DNA of 64,000 nucleotides from Azolla caroliniana (Eukaryota; Plantae; Polypodiophyta): NCBI GenBank assembly GCA_043228905.1, contig JBHGNT010000001.1, positions 36,208,001 through 36,272,000 of the forward strand, written 5' to 3'. Of the stretch, positions 26,075 to 38,806 are shown piece after piece (positions within the stretch are counted from its first letter, which is position 1; every line of letters begins with the position of its first letter). Made by a program: the position numbers and the translations under genes. The notes under the pieces were generated by a model, which did no database searches, had not been told where the DNA came from, and saw only the letters and a program-made list of their open reading frames with translations.

Positions 26075-27708
26075 TGTGAGGAAAATAGTAATTCGGATGT
26101 GAAATCACGACATTCAGTGAAATTGGATAGTACACGATAGGGAGCTTAGAGCCAAACTATATAAGGCCCTAGGGATGTGGGGCATGATCATCGGGAGCTT
26201 CAATGACCATATTCCAAAAGGTGAACATGTCAATATATGTGATCTCTTGTGCGTATCTATATAACAAGAGGAGCAAGTGATACATTTGTATTCTTACCTA
26301 CGAGAACATTAGATCCTTGTGGCAAAACACCCCTACTTTAAAACCTAGCTCCAACTCTAGTTTCAAATAAAGCATTGATTTGAGATATTAGCTGGGGTTT
26401 TCACAAGTTCATGTTTAATAAAAAGCAGAAATATTCGGAACAAATATCTTCTCGGCAATACCAACAACGTCATCTTTTGGCTCGTGGATCTAGACATGCA
26501 TTTCCCAATATTAATTAATCGAACTATAAGATGATGGGTCTAGGATTAATGCGACAAATAAAAAATTTGAAGTTTATAAAAAAAGGATCGTCTGTTGCTT
26601 TGCAAAAATAAGATTACATGAAACGTTGATATTCTTTGTGGGTTATCGAGTTTGTAGCCCTCATGCCTATTTAGGAGTAGAGACCCATCCAAAAAATACA
26701 CTCATGTGTATTATCTCCATTAAGAATGATAATTGGAATCTAACGCTTATTGTGGAGTTATTGTGCAACATCGCCACAATTTTATGGATTTCCAAAACCA
26801 ACATTATGAAATTTGACGCTCATTCTTCTACATAAAATTAATCCCCTAATGCAAATTGCATGGATGAAATTATGATCCTATAGCAATTGGAATCTAGCAT
26901 ATGGTAAAGTAGGACCTAACCAAAACTACATAGGTCAAGTTGTCCCCTCCCTAAACCCCGTGTAGTCATATACTAAAGTGTTTGGGGTGTCTTGCCTCAA
27001 GCATCGAATGCTTTCAAGATGACAAGCTCTTATTGGTTGGTGGAGAGGGTGTCCCTACAAACTCTCTCATGGGGGGGGGGGTGCAAGGCTCACTAAACCC
27101 GATGAAGTCAATGACTCTACATGGTTTGAATATATGCGAGGGTGCTCTATCTTTCAATACGGTTGATTAATTCCTTTGAAGTTCCAAATTACATGATAGG
27201 TGCAGCAGTTCAAATCCCCCTCAAAATAAACAAAAATGTTTTCCTCATATATCATAATACATATGCAATAAATCTACAAATGTAAAATTCCTTGCATAGT
27301 TAGCGTAGCTTGTTGTAAGCCGTCACTTTCTCCCATCAACCGGTCTCTTTATGCTAAGTCAATGATATAAAGATAAGAGTTTCTCGAAGATATGGGAAGA
27401 AATGAGAGTATGTGGAGAGAGAAAGGGTACTGGGGAAGAGGTAGCATTTGTGAGGTGTTGGAAAGGAAAGAGATAGGGAAAAAGGTGGATTATAAATATG
27501 TCACTGTAAAATTATGGAATTTACTTGAAGGCCATGTTCGACTCCTCGTGTTTTCTTCTTTTGCGCAAAGGCAATTAATAGTGAACTGGCATGATGACGT
27601 GCCATTTAATATGATACAATTCCATTTGAAGGCTCGACTAATCAACGACCACAATATCGTGCAAGTAACGACGCCATTCAGGGTAAGAAGAACATTCATG
27701 TTAACAAT

Positions 27709-27826
27709 TGGCTTGATCGGAGGAAGTCTCCCCGATGTGTGTATAAGTCTCCTTATAGACTCTATGTAATAATCCTTCCTAACTAATGGGAAAGTAGCTT
27801 TACTTTGGAAAAAAAAAAAAAAAAAA
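27709..27826 (+). mobile_element. Short, young 5'-truncated non-LTR insertion with a poly(A) tail
   Basis: Perfect 18-bp TSD AACATTCATGTTAACAAT (27691-27708 / 27827-27844); ends TAATGGG...TTTGG(A)~20. Confidence 0.85.
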
Positions 27827-28479
27827 AACATTCATGTTAACAATGAATAATTTCAGTATTCGTTGAAATGGTGAATAAGGTGGGGGTATTTGGGTGAAAT
27901 TTTCGGAGCATGGTCATTAATTAGTCCAAGCAAGATGTAAAAAGTTGGCATAGGAAGGAAGTGATAGGACATAATCTCAACGAGTAAATAAGTATACATA
28001 TACAAATAGAGAGAAACGAAAGCACGAACTTGGAGAAGCAAAAAAGAAGAAGCAAAGGATAAGCATGGTCTAGGATGAGATGGGGGCCCCAACAAAGAAG
28101 ATGAAGAAGAAGAAGAAGAAGAAGAAGAAGGAGATCATTGGCGGAATCCGAGAAAGTTTCGATAGCAGCAATGAAAAGGAAATTAGAACAAAAGGCTACA
28201 CATATGCAATAGTATATACTATGTATGTATGTATGTATGTATGTATACATACTATACTACAGTTGTATATATATATATATATAAATAAACAAATAAATAG
28301 ACATTAAATTAAATATATGTACAGTATATATAATTAATAGAAAGAAAGACTTTATCATTTAGTTTGAAAAATCAGGACCAGGGGGGTGGGCACAAAACTC
28401 AAGGCGCCACAAAAAGAAGAAGAAGAAGAGGTGGGTAGATAGGCGGGGAAGGGGGGGGGGTGGGGGTCCTACCAACTTC

Positions 28480-28690
28480 CACGTGGAGGCTCGGCAGAGA
28501 TTCGAAGCCACGACCGACTGGCACGTGCTGGGGGTACCAGGAGGCCTGGTGCTGTTGTTGCTATGGACTTTTGGTTTCACACACACACACACACTCACTC
28601 ACTTGGAGCCGCCCGGACGGACGGACGGACGGAAGCCCCCCACACTTTCTTCTTCTTGCGTCGTGGGTCGGTCTTATTTATTTATATATA
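28480..28690 (+). promoter_or_regulatory. Putative proximal promoter of the TZF gene (two G-box/ABRE-like sites, a DRE core, a TATA-like tract)
   Basis: CACGTG at 28480-28485 and 28523-28528, ACCGAC at 28513-28518, TATTTATTTATATA at about 28676-28689, followed by a CA/CT-rich leader. Confidence 0.5.
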
Positions 28691-28826
28691 CATACTTGAT
28701 AAAACCCCACGCGCACACACACACACACACACACACACATTTCTCTCTCTATCTCCTTCTCTCTCTTCTTCTTCGTCAGTCTCTCTCTTGAACCTCAAAT
28801 TGACAGACGAATAAATACCCACGAAC

Positions 28827-28857
<31 letters not shown>

Positions 28858-28953
28858 TCTCTGTCTCGCGTTGCTTCCTCGCTTCCTGAAGCTTTCTCCT
28901 GCTAGAAAAGAAAAGAGAGCTTCGTCTCCTCTTCATTCTTGTTCACTGTGGCG

Positions 28954-31203
28954 ATGCCTGCTTCCCTTCTTGTTGGTACTTCTTCTTCAAAATCATCATC
29001 ATCATCATCATCCTATTCTCCCTTCCCATTAAATCCTTCCTCCTCCTTCTCGTCTTCTTCTTCTCCATCTTTTTCTGCTGCCGATTCCGTTATGTTTTCT
29101 CCCTCCTTCAGTCACCATCCTCCCTTTGATCCTCTGTCTCCTTCCCACCATAGCACCCACAATTCCTTCGTCGATGACACCTTCTGTACATCCACCCCTC
29201 CCCCACCCTCATCGTTATCATCTTCCTCTTCTTCTTCTTCTTCTGATGTTTCGAAACCTCTCAGAGATGGCCCTTCTACACAGCAACGCCCCCTTCCTCG
29301 CAGCAAGCTTGGCATGATCACCCCAACACCCACCAGCGATCAGCAACAACAGACCTTCGATTCTTTAGTAGCCTACCCCACCGCAGATCTACTGAACCCT
29401 ATGAGCACGCCCTCGCCAAGGTCATTTAAGCCTGCTCCTCTTGCTCCTCCTCCTCCTCCGTCTTCTTCTCCTTCTTCTTCTTCTTCTAATACTTTAACTT
29501 CCGCCGAAGGATTCCCCGGCTCCCCTGTCTTCTCAGATCTAAGCTCAGAAACCATAGCCGCGTCCCTGCAAAGGTTTCTCCCTTCCAACCACGACGATGA
29601 TCAGGTGTGGCCGCCCGTGGGGGCTTTCCCAGCCATGGCGGACGTCTACTCCTGCGACGACTTCAGAATGTACGAGTTCAAAGTACGTAAATGTATGCGA
29701 GCAAGAAGCCATGACTGGACGGAATGCCCATTTGCCCATCCGGGAGAGAAGGCGAGGCGACGCGATCCAAGAAGGTTCCATTACTCTGGTTCTGCTTGTC
29801 CCGAGTTTCGCAAGGGTGTCTGCAAGAAAGGCGATTCCTGTGAGTTCTCGCATGGCGTCTTCGAGTGTTGGCTTCATCCCGCTCGCTATAGAACTCAGCC
29901 CTGTAAAGATGGGCGAAACTGTCGCAGAAGAGTCTGCTTCTTTGCTCACACTGTAGAACAGCTCCGTGTCCTCCCATCACTAACAGCATCTTCTTCATCT
30001 TCGTCTTCGTCCTCTTCATCCTCTTCTGCTGAGTCCCCTCGGAAGTCTTCTTCTTCTCCTTCTCCGTCGGTGTCTGCTTGTTTTGATGGATCTCCTTGGC
30101 GTCAAGCTATAGCTTCGTCTACTCATTCACTTAACAACGAAGCCTCTGCCTGCAACAACAATGGAGATTCTTCTCCATCCTTTTGGCGTCAAGCCATGGC
30201 TTCTGCTCTTTTCAATGAAAGCAGCAACGGTGGAGATGCTTCTCCACTGACCAAGACCATGTCGCCTTCTGCTCCCTTTTCTGAAAGCTTCACTTGCAAC
30301 AACAGTAGCGATTCTTCTACCCTTCGCCAAGCCATGGCTTCTGCGTACTTCAACAACGAAACCTTGAGCAATAGTGGTGATGATGTGTATTCATTGTCTT
30401 CTGCAGTGAGCGCCCCTAGAGTTCTGCAGAAGTTCCTAGATCATCACATAAGCTCACCCACCTCTATTCTACATAGCCATAACTATTGTTCTCCCTCGTC
30501 TTCTCGTTCGCCTTCTTCTTCACCGCCATTATCACCCGATGGTTCACTGTGCCATCTCAGAAGCTTATCTGCATATTCTCATGTGCATCAATCGAGTCCA
30601 CTTTCAACATCGTCTTTGATTGTTCCTGATCATAGACGCCATTTGAACCGTCTCCAGTCCGTTCCCACCATATCTATACCGGAGAATGCTACAGATCTGA
30701 CAGAAATGTCTTCCTTTGATCATCGCGAGTTTTTATCTGACTATTCCTCTTTATCTCCATCGCTAACTTCATCTCCACGTACCAGTACTATGAATGCCAA
30801 CAATGATCTCGTCAATTATTTGCAATGTCTTCAGCTAAGGAACAGAGCTGTGGCAGATCTACAGAAATCAAGAAGTAATCCTGCGAGTCCTGATCATCGT
30901 CATCAAGCGCAGCTCTGGAGCTTAACTCAGAGTCCGCAATCTTCTTCTTGTCTTAATCAGAATTATAGCGATGTTTATGGTAACTTTGGTGGGGCTCCTT
31001 GTAGTAATAGCAGTTCATATGGAAAGCTCAGTAAAAATTGCAATGGAGGGAGAGAGAGCAGTGGTGAGGGTGTGGAGACAAGGGTTGAGTCTGGTCGAGA
31101 TCTGAGGGCCAATTTCTATGGGAAGATTGGCAAAGAGAATGGAGTGGCCATCTGTGCAGAGATTAATCCTGATCTGGGATGGGTGAACGAGCTTGTGAAA
31201 TGA
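28954..31203 (+). CDS. Intronless arginine-rich tandem CCCH zinc-finger (RR-TZF) protein, about 749 aa, Ser-rich
   Basis: [30 protein letters not shown], two CCCH fingers (C-x7-C-x5-C-x3-H and C-x5-C-x4-C-x3-H), C-terminal RVESGRDLR and [11 protein letters not shown]; no ankyrin repeats. The first ATG is at 28954. Confidence 0.93.
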   Translation: MPASLLVGTSSSKSSSSSSSYSPFPLNPSSSFSSSSSPSFSAADSVMFSPSFSHHPPFDPLSPSHHSTHNSFVDDTFCTSTPPPPSSLSSSSSSSSSDVSKPLRDGPSTQQRPLPRSKLGMITPTPTSDQQQQTFDSLVAYPTADLLNPMSTPSPRSFKPAPLAPPPPPSSSPSSSSSNTLTSAEGFPGSPVFSDLSSETIAASLQRFLPSNHDDDQVWPPVGAFPAMADVYSCDDFRMYEFKVRKCMRARSHDWTECPFAHPGEKARRRDPRRFHYSGSACPEFRKGVCKKGDSCEFSHGVFECWLHPARYRTQPCKDGRNCRRRVCFFAHTVEQLRVLPSLTASSSSSSSSSSSSSAESPRKSSSSPSPSVSACFDGSPWRQAIASSTHSLNNEASACNNNGDSSPSFWRQAMASALFNESSNGGDASPLTKTMSPSAPFSESFTCNNSSDSSTLRQAMASAYFNNETLSNSGDDVYSLSSAVSAPRVLQKFLDHHISSPTSILHSHNYCSPSSSRSPSSSPPLSPDGSLCHLRSLSAYSHVHQSSPLSTSSLIVPDHRRHLNRLQSVPTISIPENATDLTEMSSFDHREFLSDYSSLSPSLTSSPRTSTMNANNDLVNYLQCLQLRNRAVADLQKSRSNPASPDHRHQAQLWSLTQSPQSSSCLNQNYSDVYGNFGGAPCSNSSSYGKLSKNCNGGRESSGEGVETRVESGRDLRANFYGKIGKENGVAICAEINPDLGWVNELVK

Positions 31204-34200
31204 TTTTGCTGAATTCAAACTCAGTACATTGGCTTAAAATGCAGACGGTAATCCGTCAACTGTGGACTGCGTTTCCTGCCGGTCTTTCTCTTTGTCTATC
31301 TCCTTATAGCTTTCACTCCATTCTTTCCTTATTTCTGTTCTAGGTTCTTGATTAGCTTATTCTTTACACTGCTATCTTCGTCTCCTTCACCATTATTAAT
31401 GTTTTCTTCCTCAGAATACTTCAGATTAGCTATTTTAGCAAGATAATCCCTTCTTCCTTATTTTTTTTTTCTGCTTTCCTAGTTTTTTGAATCGAGGCCC
31501 AATACTATAGTCTTTCCTCATATACTTCCTCGTTAGCCATTGAAGCTGTCTTTAGTTTTGAGTTAAGAGGGTTGTGGGAAGGGTATGGTGTATAGGTTCT
31601 CTGTCAGAGAGTTACTCAGAAAATTTTACCCTATCAAATTTCTTTTAAATAATCACCAATATATATATATATATACACATATATACATCGCAAGGAAATG
31701 GCGACCTTTATACTTCAAGTATAAGCACTGTATAAACGCCCGAGTGTTATTATCATCATCAATTCATATCAACATCTTCACCATCGTCGTGAACACCATC
31801 AATCAGTGTATACAAAACCGTACATCTTCAGAAGAAATGATCATTCTCCATGATCGTACTTTTGCCATCCATCCGTCCATCCAGTGGAATCGAATCCTCA
31901 GCACATAGACAATTCGTTTAACTCAAATCAAGGTTGAAGGGGTGCCATAGAATTTTGAAGTAATTGCCCAAGGGGCATCTCTATATCATCATCTGGAAAG
32001 AGATGATTTAATTCATGTTTGAAATACAGAATGAATCAAGCTAACGAATGATTCAAATCAATAGTGGTAACAGTCAGAGATCGAAGGTGAAAATGGAGAA
32101 GGGGGAGAGCCATGGCTCCTGGACTGAACTTAATCGTTCAGTCGGTCCATGGATATTTTTTTTCCCCCTTTTACTCGTGCTCACCATTGCTGTCTGCGTC
32201 TCTTTATTATTTTTTGTCCATAATCTCAACACCATCGAAAAAATTGGTATTCAAAAGAGGGAGAAAAGAGGCGCTGCAAACCCACCTCTGATTCTTTCTT
32301 CTTCTCTTGCTTTTTTATTGTTTACGACTTTATGTAATTTGCAAGTATGATATTATATATATATATATATATTTGTATTTATAAGTATGGCCGTCTTTTT
32401 TTCGCTACAGAAAAAAGGACAGATTTAAAAAAATGGAATACAGAAAGGAAAGACGATCCCTTCTTCTTCTTCTTCTTCTTCTTCTTCTTTGCCCTTGCTT
32501 GGCCCAATTCTATTATTGCCTAATTACCTCTTCTTATTATTGATATTTATATTGATATTGTTGTCCTCCCTCCCGTTTTCGTCCATGGCCTATTAATATC
32601 TACATATGTATTATTAATCCACACATAATTTTACTTCTCTACCCTGCCCTGCCCTGCTCTGCTCTGTTTTTTCTTCCTTTTCCTCTTCCTCTTGCTTTTC
32701 ATGTACATGGGGGACGCTCATATTTAATGATCAATTATTATATATGTTCGATCGTTATATGCAATTTTTTTTTTTCTCTCGAGTTCCACGATGTATTATT
32801 TGTCTGTCCTTTGCTCTCTGTTCCGTGGTGCTCATCCGTGTCTATCGCTCTGCACAATTCATAGGTTACCTTCGTTCCATATAAATGTTTATTTTGTGAT
32901 CTGTATATATATATGTACTGTACATATCTCAAATATTGGGATTGTTACTTAATTTGGATTGGATTGAAACTAAATTGAAATTGAAATGTTCACGGTGCGA
33001 GTTGGGAATCGAAAGACTTATATGTATAGATATTGGTATTGTGTCTATGATCTCTCTCTCTCTCTCTCTCTATCGCGTAATTGGTTAGGTTGGATCTCAA
33101 CGCAAGTCCGCAGTGTCTAGGAATGAATGTGATTCCCCTGCTCCCAATAGGGACTGGGAGGGAGCTTTGCATTTTATATGCAGGATCCTCTGTTAAACAG
33201 TCATCAAATACAAATGAAAATGGAGCACTTCGCATTAAACTCTATACACATCCAAACAAATATGAAAGATAAAAGTCCAGCACATCAGATATATATAATG
33301 TAGTATTTAGCTGATCGTGCGATGATGCTTCCCAGGAATAATGGATTATGCTCTCTCTATATACAAATCCTAGGTCGTGATTTTGCCTGTGTGCGTGTGC
33401 GTGTGTGTGTCGGTGCATGTAACATCTTAGGTGGCTCCTTCGAGGCCCTAGTTCTTATTAGTCATTCGCAAGCATGCAGGTTTGTACCCTTATATATCTG
33501 GTATAGGTTTTTACCGTTGTCGGTTCTCCTGTAATTTGTGGCTCAAAGTGGATATGCTTGGTAATGGTCGCCTGTCAACAAACTATAATAATCAAATGAT
33601 GACAGCAAGTTGTGGTTGAAGGACAACATGTTTACATTTCTTTTGTAGGCATTGATGGTAAGCAGTTAATTGTAAAGCATCGGGTCACATTCCATGCTTG
33701 GTACATAATGCCGAACGTGTTATGAAAATGACCAGCTGTGGAAAAGTTGTGGCTCCAAGCATGTTATATAATATTCATCAGTAAGCACGAGAACAAAAAG
33801 CTTTAGTCGCTGTATTTATCCCAACATGGGATGGAAGTAAATTAAACCCATCCGTGTAAATTTATTCTATTCAAATTTCATTGAAATGAATGAATAAGAA
33901 CATTCGATTATCAAATCTCTTACCTCTTACGGAATTCATCTAAGCAAATTGTGTTGTTTTTTAAGTTTTTAACTTTTCAATTATGTAATTAAGGCCTTGA
34001 GGAAGGGTCATGAAGAAAATAGAGGTCTTAATTACATGTGAAAGAACGTGAATGTGGAATTCTTCCACTTGTGCAAGGCTTTTTAGGTTGGTACATTATA
34101 TTTATGCTCTCAGTGAGTGTTAATAGACAATTGAAGTCTAGAATTGGGTTTGTCACGATGTCCTGTAGGAAGTGTATCGGTATCAACTTCATTGACACAG

Positions 34201-35181
34201 GGGATACCTCTTCAAATTAATTTTCTTTGTGATTCAGAAGCAACAAAGACATGAGCGAGGGGGTGACACAATGTTTACAAGGAGATTAACATGTCTGCCT
34301 TTCAATTGTTTTGTGTGAACGCTAAGCAACAAGTATGTATATGAACCTCATGTGCTTCTTTAACTTTTCATCCAAGCTTTTGCTTTAAGTTTTTCCTCTG
34401 AAAACTGTAGCACCTGGGTGAACCAATTCTAATGCTAATTGATTGTAATTTTAGAGTGGAGCCTTTTACCATGTACATTCTAGAACATAGTCTTCAATTC
34501 ATTGCAATTATGATTGTATTGTGGTGTGCATGTGTTCAATATCATTTACATGCCTTCCATCACAACTTGCATGCATTCCCCTTCAGATTTTGTACAATTG
34601 AAACTTAGAATGATTGTCGGGGAGAAAATGAATGAAATAAATGTATATTTGAAAGACAATATGATCTATTGAGGTACATCATGGAGGATGGGTGAGGCAT
34701 ATTGAACATCTTTTAAAAAGCAGTAGATGACTTAAACAATTAAGTGGGTACTCTACCATGGAAAGAGTGAGTTGGTTACATGTACCCTACCACAGGAATT
34801 AGGTGATTTGTAAAATATGTTATATAATAAATTGTAGGAAGTAAATTGAAGACTAGGTACGTGAAGTAAAAGCTAGGATATGGTCATGAATCAGACAGTC
34901 AACACTTGACGTAATCTTTCGAGTATCAGAAAGTTCATTGAACATGAGCACTCTGTCCTATGAGTGACAAGAAGCTTAAAATTTTGATAGTTAGTATTTT
35001 GGCCTATCATAATGGAGGAGGATTACTGTAGCCATACTCGGGAAAATGTTAGTAGACAACAATTAGGTTCAAATATTAACATGTGATCTAGTTTATGTGA
35101 TATAATCTCTAGGTTGTGCTACTTCTAAGAAAACTCAGAACCCCAAAGTCCTATTTGTAATCACGGTTTTTATGGCCATAG

Positions 35182-35327
35182 TTTGGATAAACATCACATC
35201 AAGGAACACTTAGGTCAAACAATGTTTTGGTTAAGCATGGCAACAAGAAACACTTGGGCAAATAATGTTTTGGATAAGCATGGCATCAAGAAGCATTTAC
35301 GTTCAACAATCTTTTGGATATAACATG
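35182..35327. repeat. Degenerate minisatellite, unit about 43 bp, about 3.4 copies
   Basis: TTTTGGATAAGCATGGCATCAAGAA.CACTT.G..CAA.AATG-like units at 35182, 35225, 35268, 35312. Confidence 0.75.
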
Positions 35328-37714
35328 TAAAGTATTGTTAAGAGCGAAATTGTTTAATCGTGCCATCTTTATAAGAATGAATTTTACTACCAAGGAAATC
35401 AACCGATCACATGCAATTTGAATAATATTGGAGTTTATGATTAATATTTCCCTTCCATCAAGCATGATTTGGTGCTAGCACAAAATCTTCTAGAGATAGT
35501 GATTGTCTTAAAATTGTAACTACAAGCAACAATTTACTTTAACCATTGACTGATCGTTAGATATTTATAAACGCGTATAATGTCATTGTTTACGTGCAAT
35601 TGTTTTATTTTTGAAATAGCCAGGTAATAGTTTAAAATGGACAAAATTTTTAACCTATTTTTGGAGAATGAATCTTATCCTTAGCTTGAGGTTGTCACCC
35701 TCTAGAACTGAAATCACTAATAACATCTTATGTGTCATTTGAGAGTTGATTGTGTATGACGGGTCCCCTTAAATTGCATGTGGGTGCCCAATCTTAGCAA
35801 TTTCATGTATAGGTTGATATACTAATCGTTTGTGCATCCAACATTTTGTTTAAAAGTTTTCAAGCTATTTTGCATTTATTGCATCAAACAAATCTAACTT
35901 TGCTCATTACAACATCTTGTCCTAACATATATTTTTAACATAAGTTGTATAGATGGGAATGAAGGTTCATCCTTACATCCTGTGTCATTTAATGTAATTT
36001 GTAATATGTATTCGATAGTAAGAGTTTGCCAGGTCTTAATACATAAGGAAATTGATCCATATAGATGAACTCCGCATCGTTGTACATGAACATACTATGT
36101 TAACTTATGGTTCATTAAGAATACATTGATTAAGTAAGGGAAATTGTATCATGAAGGAAGCATGCTTTCTTGTTCATCTTCGGTGGGAAATACATATCTA
36201 TCGATGCATTTAAGATACTTATTATAAAGGGGTTGTTAAACTGTCATGATAACATCCTTCTGGTAAACATACCCAATGATTTTTAGAAATTTGAGGTGTC
36301 AACAATCTCATCACCTTAAGATCACCAAAGTAGCATGTTGAAATTGATCCTAGTGACAAAACATGGATTGTTATTCATAATCGTCTTCTAGGATATTTCT
36401 TAAGATGGAATATGTCATTGGAAATAATAGAGGGCTTATAAAGCTTTTTGATAAACCTTATAACATTTGGTTCACGTGCTTTAAATGCATCTACAAGTGT
36501 CGAATGAGGGCTTAATGGAAACCCTCCTAGACTGTGTTCCACAAATTTTGTGACAATGGCATCTTTCGAAATCAAAATAATTTTATGAAAACGATTTTTG
36601 AAGGTCTATACTTCAATGCCTCACAAAAAATAAACTCATGAGTAACTAATTTATATTGAACATTTTAAGCATTAGGTTAACTTACCAGATAGGTTAAGTA
36701 TTTTCGTTGTAATGATTGTCTTGACATGTCCATCAATTGGATAATGCTAACAATGAACTTAAGGTATAAGTGGGGTATCATTTATATTAGTAGAAACATA
36801 AGAAATACAAGAATGTACTTACAAAATGGAACAAGGTGATGAGTGAGTATATTCAATGATAGGGAACATGGTGATAAATATGGGAGTGCCACACGAAGTG
36901 GATGCGTATTAGCTCCTCTTTTTGGCTTCTGCCCAACAGATCGTTGATTGTAGGCTCTACCAAGATAGGGTATGTTTATATATGGAATAACACATTAAAG
37001 TACATTGCCATGACTTCAAATGAATAGAATTTCTCGCATTGATGTACGACCTTTTGTACAAAAAAATGGAGTTCATAAAATGGACATGTCACCAATTATT
37101 GAAAAAAAGTCATTCAAGAAATGGGCACCCATCAAAAGGGATTTCAAGCAATGACCACATTAGAATGATAACATGGTTGTTCATTCATATGTGAGCATTC
37201 CTTTCTTTGAGGTTTTGGTATTTTTATGTGTGGAAATGACAGATGATTATGTCTTTTCGTTGGCTCATTTTTTTCTTTCTATTAATTGCTTGAAAACAAA
37301 TTTCTAATGTAAATATTATACACAAGTTTCTATCTACTATCAAATATTAAATAGGGAAAGTGAGGAAATCACGATAATAGAGCGGCTATAGACGGCGCAT
37401 GCAATGCTTCGGGATTTGTGTGAAATTTGCACAGTTGGATTCATTGCCTTTCTCCAAGCATGTTGCATGCTTTATTTGAATCTCAACTAGTATATCATGT
37501 GTTGTACATGTTTCTACCTCACACACTTTAATCAGACTGATAGTTGTATCCGAGTTTTTTAAACCTGTGCATGACATGTCCATTGGTATAGCCTTTGCTA
37601 TTAATTGGCAACCACATATATCAATGACGAAGTTCATATATGAACTCGATATTCCATGATTCGAAGATCCATGTAAGAGTATGTGTGAGTCCAAGATGGG
37701 TTGATTTATCACGT

Positions 37715-38734
37715 TGTCGTGAAGATCCGTCACTATGCGCGGATCGTGAGGCGGAATCGCCGGGGTTCTGGACCAGAAGGATTTAGAGTCGTTTGGCGAG
37801 AAAGTACTTAAGATAGATTGGGAAAGAGAGAAGATGAGATTACACAATTGCTTTGATAACGAATTCCTTCTTCTTAATTTTCATAAAAAAAAACCATGTT
37901 TTTCTCCTCCCCCTTCCCTCTTTTATAGATGCTCTCATGCATATGATGCATGTGAGGGTACAAGGCATGCATAAATTGCATGTTTGCCATTTGGCGCTTA
38001 AGTATTACATGAGGTGCATGCTAACCATGTCACTCATTTTAGCACTCATGGATGAGAATTTACATGTAAAAGTACAATGATAGAAATATAATTTTAACTA
38101 AATACTATGGCTTAATGGTAAGCCATTTGACTCCTAACTTGGAGGTGCAAGGTTCGAATCCATACTTGCCCTCCTTGTATATGTAAATATGTATATATTT
38201 TTATATATTTACTTTATCTAGTCGCCGGTTCGCCGGATGCCGACGCCGACGCTGGATGCCGCCGCCGCCGCCGGATACCGATGCCGAATACCGACGCCGC
38301 ATGCCGCCATCGGATTGCGGTCGGATGCCGTCGAATCACCAGCTCCATCGCCGGTCCGGTTTTGGTTGGCCAAAACCCTTTACGAGTAGCTAGCCACCTC
38401 CACTCTAAGTTCAAGTTACCTTGAACTCTCTATGCTGCACACATAGACACAAAGATAATATCTTTTGCTCCGCGTTATATATGATGAGAGCCGTATTTGT
38501 CGTGCCTATGTGGGATATCTCACAATTTTCTCTTTTCTTTTCACAAACTTTATACCCTCATATCTTGACATTTAGTTGTCCATTTCTCGTGTAATAAAGT
38601 GCATTCGAAACCTCCATCATTTTGTACTTTAGATATTAAAAATGTTATCTTCACAATTATTGTATTACATGATTCATACTCGATTTTGTACGTTTTATGG
38701 GATTTTCACACTATTGCCGAAAATCTTCACGACA
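37715..38734 (-). repeat. 3' LTR of the Gypsy element (1020 bp)
   Basis: Matches 49921-50908 with roughly 15 substitutions counted by eye, plus an indel in a GCC-rich tract. Confidence 0.95.
38108..38166 (+). other. tRNA-like module (Pol III A and B boxes) inside the Gypsy LTR; second copy at about 50313-50371
   Basis: TGGCTTAATGGTAAGCC (A box / D-arm hairpin), CTCCTAA (anticodon-loop-like, CCT), GGTTCGAATCC (perfect B box); no clear acceptor stem. Confidence 0.6.
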
Positions 38735-38806
38735 TCCACCCCCACCAAACCGCACGTCCTCCGGTACGTGCCAAGAAGAGAAGAAGTGAGATTTCGGCTA
38801 CGATGA

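Noticed and set aside
28939-28953. TTG start given by the ORF track for the TZF gene
   Set aside because: This is a eukaryotic gene, so the in-frame ATG at 28954 is preferred.
35182-35327. 43-bp periodic repeat that superficially resembles a CRISPR array
   Set aside because: The units are contiguous and degenerate with no unique spacers, there are no cas genes, and the context is eukaryotic.
36300-37710. Short ORFs with faint RT-like words (GCVLAPL) and the 153-aa ORF at 37386-37847
   Set aside because: No coherent domain, and the 153-aa ORF crosses the Gypsy LTR boundary.
38108-38166. A functional tRNA-Arg gene
   Set aside because: There is no pairing acceptor stem, the anticodon and T stems are weak, and it lies inside an LTR. 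Kept only as a tRNA-like module.
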